DNA of 64,000 bases, taken from contig CBDCXV010000011.1 of NCBI GenBank assembly GCA_965223905.1, forward strand, positions 1,728,001 through 1,792,000, written 5' to 3'. Of this stretch, positions 1 through 7,913 are shown one piece after another; position 1 is the first letter of the stretch; every line of letters begins with the position of its first letter. Position numbers and translations under genes: made by a program. The notes beneath the pieces were generated by a model. It ran no database searches. It worked only from the letters and a program-made list of their open reading frames with translations, and had not been told where the DNA came from. Source of the DNA: Candidatus Latescibacterota bacterium (GTDB lineage: Bacteria > Latescibacterota > UBA2968 > UBA8231).

Positions 1-719
1 TCAGGATTGGTCGTGCAGATTTGATTCCCGCCGCGTTTGCCGTCGACGAGGGCGAAATACTCCGGGTGGTCCTCGAAGAGGCTGCGCGGGACGAACCCGG
101 CATAGGCATGTCCGGTGGCAGTATTGAACCATCCGCGCTGTCTGTTGTGCCGGTACCAGGCCTGGAGGTCCGAGTGAAGCTTCTCGGTGTGCGACCCGTA
201 GGCGTACCAGATGTAACGGTAGTCGTAGTCCGGGCTGTCGATGGCACTGACGTCAATCTGCAGCGTGTCCCGCTCAGGGATGACGGTCCAGGCCTCGTGG
301 GGGAAGAACCACCGGCAGCCCAGCTGCCGAAGGAGCGTAAAGATCCCCTGCTGTGCGCCGACGTCGCTGTTGCCGATGACGTAGAGCCTGTCGGCGGTGC
401 TGTGCAACACAAAGGCTTCCGGGTTCTCGCCCTTCAGTTCATCCACGCGAGGCGAGTCTGGAAACTCGCCCGATGTGCCGACCACGATGGCCCGTTGCGC
501 AGGCACGCCGGTCGTGACGGCGGGAAGACTGCCGCACATCTGTTCGATGACCTGCGCGAGTACTTGCGAGTATTTCCGCGTGATTTCGGACGCCGTCGGT
601 GCGATGACGACGTGAGCAGCACCCGAGTCGGGATCGGCAATTGTAAAGGGTTCTGAAGCCACGGCTGCGCCTCCCAGCAGAGCCGCCCCGAAAAAGGCAG
701 TTGGCCGACAGGGCGACAT
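1..719 (-). CDS. DUF4838-like secreted protein (alpha-glucuronidase/GH N-terminal-like domain), partial; runs off window start
   Basis: Not in the ORF track. Manual translation from ATG 719: MSPCRPTAFFGAALLGGAAVASEPFTIADPDSG...FTLLRQLGCRWFFPHEAW...HPEYFALVDGKR. Clear paralog of 25212..27779. Confidence 0.85.
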   Translation of the reverse strand, partial: MSPCRPTAFFGAALLGGAAVASEPFTIADPDSGAAHVVIAPTASEITRKYSQVLAQVIEQMCGSLPAVTTGVPAQRAIVVGTSGEFPDSPRVDELKGENPEAFVLHSTADRLYVIGNSDVGAQQGIFTLLRQLGCRWFFPHEAWTVIPERDTLQIDVSAIDSPDYDYRYIWYAYGSHTEKLHSDLQAWYRHNRQRGWFNTATGHAYAGFVPRSLFEDHPEYFALVDGKRGGNQICTTNP

Positions 720-961
720 CAGCGGCGCGGCACGATGCCGTCGAGGTTGGTGCGGCGGTACTGGTACCGCCAGAGGCGCGACTTCGGCGAGCGCGTCAGG
801 CTCATGCGCACGATCCAGCCGCACCTCGCATGAACCGGATCGAGTCGACCGTCGCCGCCGTTCTCCTGCACGTGCTGCACGTGGCCCCTCGCATCCTGAA
901 TGAAGAGGTTCGTTGGGATATGTTTGCGAGACGAGAAAGAAACGGCCGGCAACCTTGCCAT
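719..961 (-). pseudogene. possible 3' remnant of a lost gene
   Basis: GC3-rich codons ending ...WRYQYRRTNLDGIVPRR*. Its TGA overlaps the ATG at 719 (TGATG). No credible 5' end. Confidence 0.3.
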
Positions 962-967
962 CTTTCT

Positions 968-2545
968 TTATTTAACCGGTTTATTCTCCAAAATAATCAC
1001 CCGTGTTTTTGGGCCTGTTTCATCCCCCAAACCAGTTTCTGGATCTTTTAACACATTCATCAGCAGGTCTACCCGGAATACCCCGGCAATGATATCCAGC
1101 CGCTTGTCATTATTGACATCACGCAGTTCCAAAGAAACTACACTTTGCGGACGGCTGGCGATATTATGGCGCTTGAAGTTCTGCGAGCCGTCATTTTCAA
1201 ACCAGATCAGGCTCTGGCGCTTGGGGTCATCCCAGTAATTGGACCAGCTGCTGGCGACAATATCCATATCCCCATCGTTGTCCATATCTCCAACCACCGC
1301 ATCCACAGCACCGTAAAAGCGGTCGATATTCTGATGCTGAATGGCGTAGAATACCTCACGCGCGGAGCTGCCCCCGGTGGCTTCAGTCAATTTCAACTGA
1401 CCGAAATTTTCCAGCCACTGCACGCCGTGATAGGGTTTGGGATCCCACTGAAGGTCGAAGTTGTCGCCGTTGGTGAAAACGATATCCTGGTCGCCGTCAC
1501 TGTCCAGGTCGGCCAGGCTCATGCCGGTGGAACCGAACATGGGGTGCGGTGCTTGAGTCAAGGTGTTTGATGTAAACTCGCCTCCGCCCAGATTGACGAT
1601 TCCGATAATGGCCTCGTTCTCCTGGGAGACAAAACTGATAAAATCCACCAGGTCATCCCCGTTGAGGTCTGTCGACGTTATGTTCAGACCGCCGCGAGCA
1701 TTCACCATGGTGTGTTTTTGATACTGACCCTTGCCGCGATTTTCAAGCCAGGCCAGTTCCCCCACGATATTCCCGCCGAAAATGGCCACGGCAACATCCA
1801 GGTCGCCGTCCTTGTCTATATCACCGCTGCGAACATCGGTGATGCGACCCACCCCCTCCAGCAGCACTTTTTTCTCGAATTGATTGGGTCTGGTCTGTTC
1901 CAATACCACCACCCTGCCGGCCAGCTTGTCTGAAGGAGGGTAGTAACCCAACGCCGCCACCAGGATATCCTTGTCGCCATCCGCGTCATAGTCCACCACC
2001 TCGGTGTTCACTGGAATAGCGACATTCGCCAGTTTGGATTCCTGCCACTGGCCCTCGACCTGTTGCAACAGGTTTACCTGATTGCTCTCGCCGTCACACA
2101 GAAGGAATTCCAATTCGTCATCGCTGTTCAAATCGGTGCTGCTGATTTTGATCACCGAAGGCAACACCGATTTCTCGCCGATCTCTTTCAAGTGGAAAGC
2201 AACGGGGCTGTCAGTGTTGTCGAAATAGGGCAGCCTGGGCAGCTCTGCCGGAGCACTGCGGTAGTAGAAGGCGGTGAGATCCCTGAGCACATCGTCGGGG
2301 AAGAAGGGGTGGCCATTGCGCTCTATGGCCAGGTCCTGCATGGCTTGAATCACCCTGGGCCAGTCTTTTTTAGGCATTAGATTCGCCGGAGGGGGAGAAT
2401 GGCAGCCACCGCAGTACTGTTTCTTGAGGGCCGCAATTTCCTGGGTTGTTCGCTGAGGCTTGGCTTGGGCCTGCAGGCCTGTGCTCAGGGCAAGTCCCAA
2501 CAATCCGGAAAGGAGTCCGTGTGCCAAACGGGCTGTAGCTTTCAT
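968..2545 (-). CDS. secreted mono-heme cytochrome c (CxxCH) fused to FG-GAP/VCBS repeats
   Basis: Signal peptide MKATARLAHGLL...LQA; YCGGCH followed by Met residues; repeated DxDxDGDxD motifs (DYDADGDKD, DIDKDGDLD, DLDSDGDQD, DMDNDGDMD). Confidence 0.85.
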   Translation of the reverse strand: MKATARLAHGLLSGLLGLALSTGLQAQAKPQRTTQEIAALKKQYCGGCHSPPPANLMPKKDWPRVIQAMQDLAIERNGHPFFPDDVLRDLTAFYYRSAPAELPRLPYFDNTDSPVAFHLKEIGEKSVLPSVIKISSTDLNSDDELEFLLCDGESNQVNLLQQVEGQWQESKLANVAIPVNTEVVDYDADGDKDILVAALGYYPPSDKLAGRVVVLEQTRPNQFEKKVLLEGVGRITDVRSGDIDKDGDLDVAVAIFGGNIVGELAWLENRGKGQYQKHTMVNARGGLNITSTDLNGDDLVDFISFVSQENEAIIGIVNLGGGEFTSNTLTQAPHPMFGSTGMSLADLDSDGDQDIVFTNGDNFDLQWDPKPYHGVQWLENFGQLKLTEATGGSSAREVFYAIQHQNIDRFYGAVDAVVGDMDNDGDMDIVASSWSNYWDDPKRQSLIWFENDGSQNFKRHNIASRPQSVVSLELRDVNNDKRLDIIAGVFRVDLLMNVLKDPETGLGDETGPKTRVIILENKPVK

Positions 2546-2673
2546 CGTCAACTGCCTTTTGCAGGGATTCCACCTGTCTGCGCTGTCAAGGCACATCCAC
2601 CTTCGCGCACCCCGCGATCTGGCGTCCGGCGCCATCCTTGAGGGAGAAATCCCTGAATCGGAGCGGCACAGTT

Positions 2674-4854
2674 TCAACGGGCTCCTATGGCTCCCTCGAA
2701 CATCTGCTCCGTCCGCTCGCGCAACTTTCCGAAAATCTCCTCGCGACGCAGCACCATCCGGTGCTTCCGCCGTGCCTCCTCGGCTTTTTCCGTTTGCCCC
2801 ATCTTGCCGTAGAGACGGCCCAGGTGATTGTACACCTGGATCTCTTCCCCCTGTTGAATGAGACGCTCGTACTCCCGCACCGCCTCGCGGTTGCGTTCCA
2901 GCCCTTCGTAGGCGAGGGCCAGATTCCGGCGAGCAAGCACGTGATCCGGGTTCCTGTCCAGAACATGGGAAAACTCCGCAGCAGCCGCCGGGAATTCCCG
3001 CCGTCTCAGGTAGCTGTATCCCAGATTGTTGCGCACGTCGTCATGCCCGGGCTGCTGCTCCAGGAGCAGCAGGTACAGGTGCTCCGCTTCCCGCCACCGT
3101 TTCTCCTGCTGGTAGAGGACTGCCAGATGGTACCCGGCATCAAAATGATCGGGGTCCAGTTCCAGGGCCTTCAGGAAGGAATCCCTGGCTGCCTCCAGGC
3201 GTCCCGCCAGACGCAGGGCCCCTGCCAGGCCAAAGTGGGAACGCGCAGCTGTCGGTTCCAGTTCGACAATCTCCTCCAAGAGGACCACGGCCTCTTCGAT
3301 TCTCTCCTCTTCGAGATAGAGATTGGCCAGATTGCGCCGGGGATCCGCCCGTAGCGGAAACCGTTGGGCCAACAGCCGGAATTGTTCTCGAGCCTCGGCG
3401 GGGTTATCGAGATCGACCAGGAACTCACCCAACTTCAGGCGTGCATCGTAGTGACTCTCATCCAGATCGAGGGCTCTTCGCAGCTCCAAGGTCGCCCTCG
3501 CCGGCATACCTTTGCGGGCGTAGGCCAGCCCGGCGTAGTAGCGGTCCTGGGCGTCGTTCGCCGGGGTGATGGCTCTTGCGTTCAGCGGCCACGCGACAAG
3601 GAGGAGGAGACCTGCCGCCGGCAACAGGCTTCGCCACTGCCCGGCCGACACCCGGTCCTTCAACCACGCGCCCGCGTAGCAGGCCAGCAGAATCAACAGC
3701 GGCACCGCGGGGAGACGGTAGCGGGCGGTCACCGAGAAGGCGACGACCGCTCCTGCATAACACAGGACAAACAATACGATTAGACCCGCCCGTCTTTCGA
3801 CGATGGCCAGCACCAGGCCGACCAGCGCCAACGGGCCCACGACGCCGAACGGGAAGGCGAGCCAACGATGCCACACCAGCCCGGCCAGCAAGGGGGAATG
3901 GGCGCGGGCAAAATAGATATCGGTATGACCCCGAATCTCGCCTCCCTGCCAGAAGTCGAACGCTTTCCCGGCCAAAGATCGCATATAGGCTGCCGGCTCC
4001 TCTCTGACGAACGAGGTCGCCGCCCGCCAGAAATAGGCCGATTGTTCGGAGGGTTTTTCCAATCCCTGCCGGACCGGCTGCCGGATCAGCTCATCCCGAT
4101 CCGCGCCCGGTCCCAACCTGACCGTTCGCGCGTAATCCGGGTTGTTGCCCAGATAAAAACTCAAGCCCGAGTCCGATGAGAGAAGCACCAGGTCCCCACC
4201 CTTGTGGTAGTTTCGCCACGTCGTGCCGCCGATGACGAGAAGCATCCCCAGCGCCAGCAACAGGACGCGGCCGAGCCGGGCAGGCAGCCCCGGATCTCTG
4301 CGCCACATTATCCATCCGGCCACCCCCAGGCCGAAGAGGAACACGTGGGCAACGGCGAGGCCGGCCAGGCCCAGCAGGAGTCCGGCAGCAAGACAGGACC
4401 AGGGATGTCTGACGGTACCTGGGCGGAGGAGAAAGAGTACGAGGCCCAAATTGAGGAGGATGGCCAGCACCGGGGGAAGGAATTCCCCCTCGAAGTAGAT
4501 CAGCGGTCCGTACACCGCAGCCACGGCCCCGGCGGCAAGACCGATGCCCGGGGAAAATACCCCCCGGCCGACCAGGTAGAGCAGTACGACGCCGAGCGCG
4601 CCCAGGCTGAGCTGGATCAGGCGGCAGGCGAAATAATCAGCCCCGAAGAGCCAGTAGAGAATGCCCAGGAAGGCGGGATAGAGCGGCGGCCATGTGAACG
4701 GCCCGTCTCCCAGGCTGAAGGTCGCGGCGAGCTGTTCCGCTTGCTGGAAGTAGGCCTGTGCGTCCACCATGGGTGCATCGAAGAATGGGCTCCGAGCCGC
4801 CATCTGGTGGAGGTAGAGAGCGCGCCAGAGGAAAGCGAATGAGAACAGGAACAC
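2674..4854 (-). CDS. GT-C fold (GT39/ArnT/PMT-like) glycosyltransferase with C-terminal TPR array
   Basis: Many TM segments; DAQAY first-loop motif; PPLYPAFL; RYRLP; TPR helices in the last ~290 aa. Start codon uncertain. Confidence 0.8.
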   Translation of the reverse strand: MFLFSFAFLWRALYLHQMAARSPFFDAPMVDAQAYFQQAEQLAATFSLGDGPFTWPPLYPAFLGILYWLFGADYFACRLIQLSLGALGVVLLYLVGRGVFSPGIGLAAGAVAAVYGPLIYFEGEFLPPVLAILLNLGLVLFLLRPGTVRHPWSCLAAGLLLGLAGLAVAHVFLFGLGVAGWIMWRRDPGLPARLGRVLLLALGMLLVIGGTTWRNYHKGGDLVLLSSDSGLSFYLGNNPDYARTVRLGPGADRDELIRQPVRQGLEKPSEQSAYFWRAATSFVREEPAAYMRSLAGKAFDFWQGGEIRGHTDIYFARAHSPLLAGLVWHRWLAFPFGVVGPLALVGLVLAIVERRAGLIVLFVLCYAGAVVAFSVTARYRLPAVPLLILLACYAGAWLKDRVSAGQWRSLLPAAGLLLLVAWPLNARAITPANDAQDRYYAGLAYARKGMPARATLELRRALDLDESHYDARLKLGEFLVDLDNPAEAREQFRLLAQRFPLRADPRRNLANLYLEEERIEEAVVLLEEIVELEPTAARSHFGLAGALRLAGRLEAARDSFLKALELDPDHFDAGYHLAVLYQQEKRWREAEHLYLLLLEQQPGHDDVRNNLGYSYLRRREFPAAAAEFSHVLDRNPDHVLARRNLALAYEGLERNREAVREYERLIQQGEEIQVYNHLGRLYGKMGQTEKAEEARRKHRMVLRREEIFGKLRERTEQMFEGAIGAR

Positions 4855-4946
4855 GGCGGCGCACCACGTTCCGCGCGAGCACTCCTGGTAAAGCCGTTTC
4901 GTCTTTCTGGTCAGCCGCTCGACCAGGTTCGGGGAGGTTTTGATGT

Positions 4947-5172
4947 CAGTGCCTGCGCGCGAAATCTAAGCGTACGAACGAGGGCCGCCGATGCGCCCCG
5001 CTCGCAAGGCGCATGAGCGAGTCGTACCGGGGGTGTACGGCGAACGAAGGCAACGCCGCGAGCCGGGATTGAGGGAAAAATCGCACAGATGAAGGGTTTG
5101 GATTGAACCGCGATTTTTCCCTCAAGATGCAGCGGCGAACGAATTCACGCGGAATGGCGCAAGCAGGCGCTA
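4947..5172. mobile_element. MITE/REP-like non-coding element, copy 1
   Basis: Imperfect terminal inverted repeats cagtgcctgcgcgcg ... gcaagcaggcgcta; internal hairpins; shares sequence with 59449..59706. Confidence 0.6.
5069..5125. repeat. perfect 16-bp inverted repeat with 25-nt spacer
   Basis: ttgagggaaaaatcgc (5069-5084) and gcgatttttccctcaa (5110-5125). Confidence 0.95.
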
Positions 5173-5190
5173 ATCCTGAGCGTCACTTTG

Positions 5191-5583
5191 TCAGAACACG
5201 ACCTCGATGGAAACCCGACCCGCACCCAGCTCCCCGCCGGTGGTGGTGCCCGCCTCGAAGGAAATGCGGACCGTCTCCCCCGGCTTGACCCCGAACAGCG
5301 TTTTTCGCACCTCGCCGACCTCGCCCTCGATCTTCTCCATATTGACGTTGTAGCCGGGATGGTCTTCTTCCACTGGAACTTTTACGGCCTTGCGGGAAGA
5401 GGCTCTGAGGGTGAAGTCCGCAGTGGTGCCCACCACCTCGATCCGGTAAACGTTCTCAGGGGTTTCGTTCAGAAACAGGATTTCGTCGTCACCCCCTCCA
5501 CCGCTGTCGACCAGCTTTCTTCCGCCGCAGTCGGACAAAACGAACGCCGCGAGCAGCACGATCAGGAATATCAGAACTCTCAT
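5191..5583 (-). CDS. small predicted lipoprotein, unknown function
   Basis: GGAGGA RBS; MRVLIFLIVLLAAFVLSDC lipoprotein-type signal; beta-rich mature part. Confidence 0.75.
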   Translation of the reverse strand: MRVLIFLIVLLAAFVLSDCGGRKLVDSGGGGDDEILFLNETPENVYRIEVVGTTADFTLRASSRKAVKVPVEEDHPGYNVNMEKIEGEVGEVRKTLFGVKPGETVRISFEAGTTTGGELGAGRVSIEVVF

Positions 5584-5600
5584 GGCACGGTCCTCCATAC

Positions 5601-7901
5601 TTACCTTGTCGGGCTGCCGGACAGGCTCTCGAAACGCTTTAGCATGGCCGTTGCGTCCTCCGCCTGGCCCTGCGCCGAGCGCAGTTGGGACAGGTTGTAG
5701 TAGGCCTGCGCATAGCCCGAATCGATTGCAACCGCCCGCTTCAAGGCTCTGTCTGCTTCGTCGTGGCGTCCCGCGTTCGTATACAGTCCGCCGAGCTCAT
5801 TCCACGCTTCCTTGTAGGCTGGATTGAGCCTCAAAGCCCGCATGAGCGAACTTTCCGCCTCCCCGGGCCGTCCTTGTTTGTTGTACAGGACTCCGAGTTC
5901 GTAGCGCGCTTCCGCGCCGCTCGAATCGACTTCGATGGCCTGCCACAGGGCTTTCTCCGCCTCCTCGTAACGTCCCTGATTGGAATGGAAAAAGGCCAAC
6001 AGGCGGTGCGTGTAGGCGGATCCTTCCCCCCCCACGCGAACGGCGTTTCCCATTTCGGCGTAAGCAGCCCCAAAGTCTCCCTCGGCCGCGTGCGCGAGCG
6101 CGAGGTCATGGTAGGAAGGGAGAAACGTCGAATCGATGCGAATGGCCGCCCGAAAAGCCTCGATAGCCTCGGCTGTGCGGCCCTTCCGAACGTGGGCGAT
6201 GCCGAGACCGTAGACGCTGTCCCGCGCTGCCAACTGCCTCCAGTCATCCCCGGGAAGCTCCATGGCGCGGAGTTCCGGCTCGAAGATGCGGACCTGATCC
6301 GCGTACTTCTCCCGCACCTCGGCGACCAGGCTGTTGAACAGCTCCTCCTCTCTCATCACCCGAAGGGAGGCCGTCGCCCTTCTTTCAGCCGCGGCGAAAG
6401 GTTGCAATTGGCCCACCCTCCTGTCCTGCACACGGAAGACGGAATAGCCCTGCGGGACTTGCACCGGACCGACGAACTGACCCACATCCGCGGCGAGCGC
6501 CCGGTCCACCAGCTCCCCGTACCGGGCCCGCTGATGCCCGTGCAAGTGCAGATTCCCGTCCTCGGTACCCGATCGCTCGGTCAGATGTGCCAGGTCCTCG
6601 AACGGTTCCCCCGACTCCAACCGTTGACGCACGGCGGTGGCCGCGTCCGGATCATCCACGAGAATCTCCTGGATCCAGATCTGGGAGGACTCGACGAACA
6701 GGCCGGAGTGATCGAGATAGAACTGCCTGGCATCCTCCTCGCTGACCTCCACCTGGTCGCGGACCGTCCGGCGCAGAGCCATCAGCAGGAGCTCGACTTC
6801 CTTGCGTTTTTTCCACCCGAGCACTGAGGGGGTCTGGTGATACCCCAGCTTCCGGGCCGCCTCCCGGATCATGATGTCGGGCAGTACCCAGACCCGGGCG
6901 GCCTCCACCACGGCGACACTGTCCCCAAGCCCGGGCTTGCGTCCGAGATGGCGAAACGCCCAGTCGTAGTCACCGACGGTTATTTCTCCCCCTTCGTAGG
7001 TAAAGAGCGTGGCGGCCGCCTCGGCAGGCGTGAGCTGTGGCCGCGACGTTCCACCAGGCTCCTTGCCCACCAGGATCGCCAGTCCCTCCGGTTTCAGCGA
7101 AAGGCCTGATTCGTAGGCCAATTCCTCGACCAGCGCCCGCCTTTCGACCGCCAGTTTCTCCTTCCCGAGATCGGCGCGCGCCCTGCGGCGGTTCCTGGGT
7201 GAGATCTCTTCCCGCTCCCGGGTAAAGCGGACCAGGAGATAAGCTCCGCGCGATGACAGCAGCTCCGAGACTTCGCCCGATTCCAGCTCGCGGAAAAGCT
7301 CGACGGGAATACCCGCCCGGCCAGCCACGGATCCGTCGACAAAACCGACTTCCCCACCCGTGTCGACAAACCGCTCATCGATCGAGTGGAGCCGCGCCAG
7401 CTCGGCGAAATCGGCCCCCTCTTCCAGGCGCCGGCGAAGACGGGCGGCCTGCTCTTCGGTCTCCACAACTATCCAGCTCAGGAGCCTCTCGCGGTCGAGT
7501 CCGTCCCTGGCGAGACGCGCCCGCACCTCCTGCCCGGTGATGCTGACGAGAGGGTGGAGGTGGCGTCTCTCGTACTGATCGACTACGTGCCTGCGAACCG
7601 CGTACTGGTAGCCGGCCTGAAACGCGCTGGTGGTGTCGATTCCCCGACGGCGGGCTTCGAGTACCAGCAGCTTTTCGTCGATGAGCGTCTGCAGGTAGTC
7701 GCGTCGGGCGGCATCCCCGCCCTTCTCAGGGCGCAGTCCCGGCAACAGCGAAGCGGCGAACTCCTCGACTTCGCGCCTGTCGATGGACTCCTCACCGACC
7801 CGGGCAATGACTGCCGAGGGGGCGTCGGCCTGTTCGCCGGGAGGGGTGTCGGCGCAGGCGACGACGAAGAGGAGACAACCCGGAACTATTCTTCGAATCA
7901 A
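5601..7901 (-). CDS. lipoprotein with two parvulin (PpiC/rotamase) domains plus C-terminal TPRs (SurA/PrsA-like foldase)
   Basis: VVAC lipobox; GADFAELARLHSID...GGEVGFV and ILVDD...GEPFEDLA...GPVQVPQGYSVFRV; TPR repeats in the last ~200 aa. Confidence 0.85.
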   Translation of the reverse strand: MIRRIVPGCLLFVVACADTPPGEQADAPSAVIARVGEESIDRREVEEFAASLLPGLRPEKGGDAARRDYLQTLIDEKLLVLEARRRGIDTTSAFQAGYQYAVRRHVVDQYERRHLHPLVSITGQEVRARLARDGLDRERLLSWIVVETEEQAARLRRRLEEGADFAELARLHSIDERFVDTGGEVGFVDGSVAGRAGIPVELFRELESGEVSELLSSRGAYLLVRFTREREEISPRNRRRARADLGKEKLAVERRALVEELAYESGLSLKPEGLAILVGKEPGGTSRPQLTPAEAAATLFTYEGGEITVGDYDWAFRHLGRKPGLGDSVAVVEAARVWVLPDIMIREAARKLGYHQTPSVLGWKKRKEVELLLMALRRTVRDQVEVSEEDARQFYLDHSGLFVESSQIWIQEILVDDPDAATAVRQRLESGEPFEDLAHLTERSGTEDGNLHLHGHQRARYGELVDRALAADVGQFVGPVQVPQGYSVFRVQDRRVGQLQPFAAAERRATASLRVMREEELFNSLVAEVREKYADQVRIFEPELRAMELPGDDWRQLAARDSVYGLGIAHVRKGRTAEAIEAFRAAIRIDSTFLPSYHDLALAHAAEGDFGAAYAEMGNAVRVGGEGSAYTHRLLAFFHSNQGRYEEAEKALWQAIEVDSSGAEARYELGVLYNKQGRPGEAESSLMRALRLNPAYKEAWNELGGLYTNAGRHDEADRALKRAVAIDSGYAQAYYNLSQLRSAQGQAEDATAMLKRFESLSGSPTR

Positions 7902-7913
7902 ATATCCCTCAAT

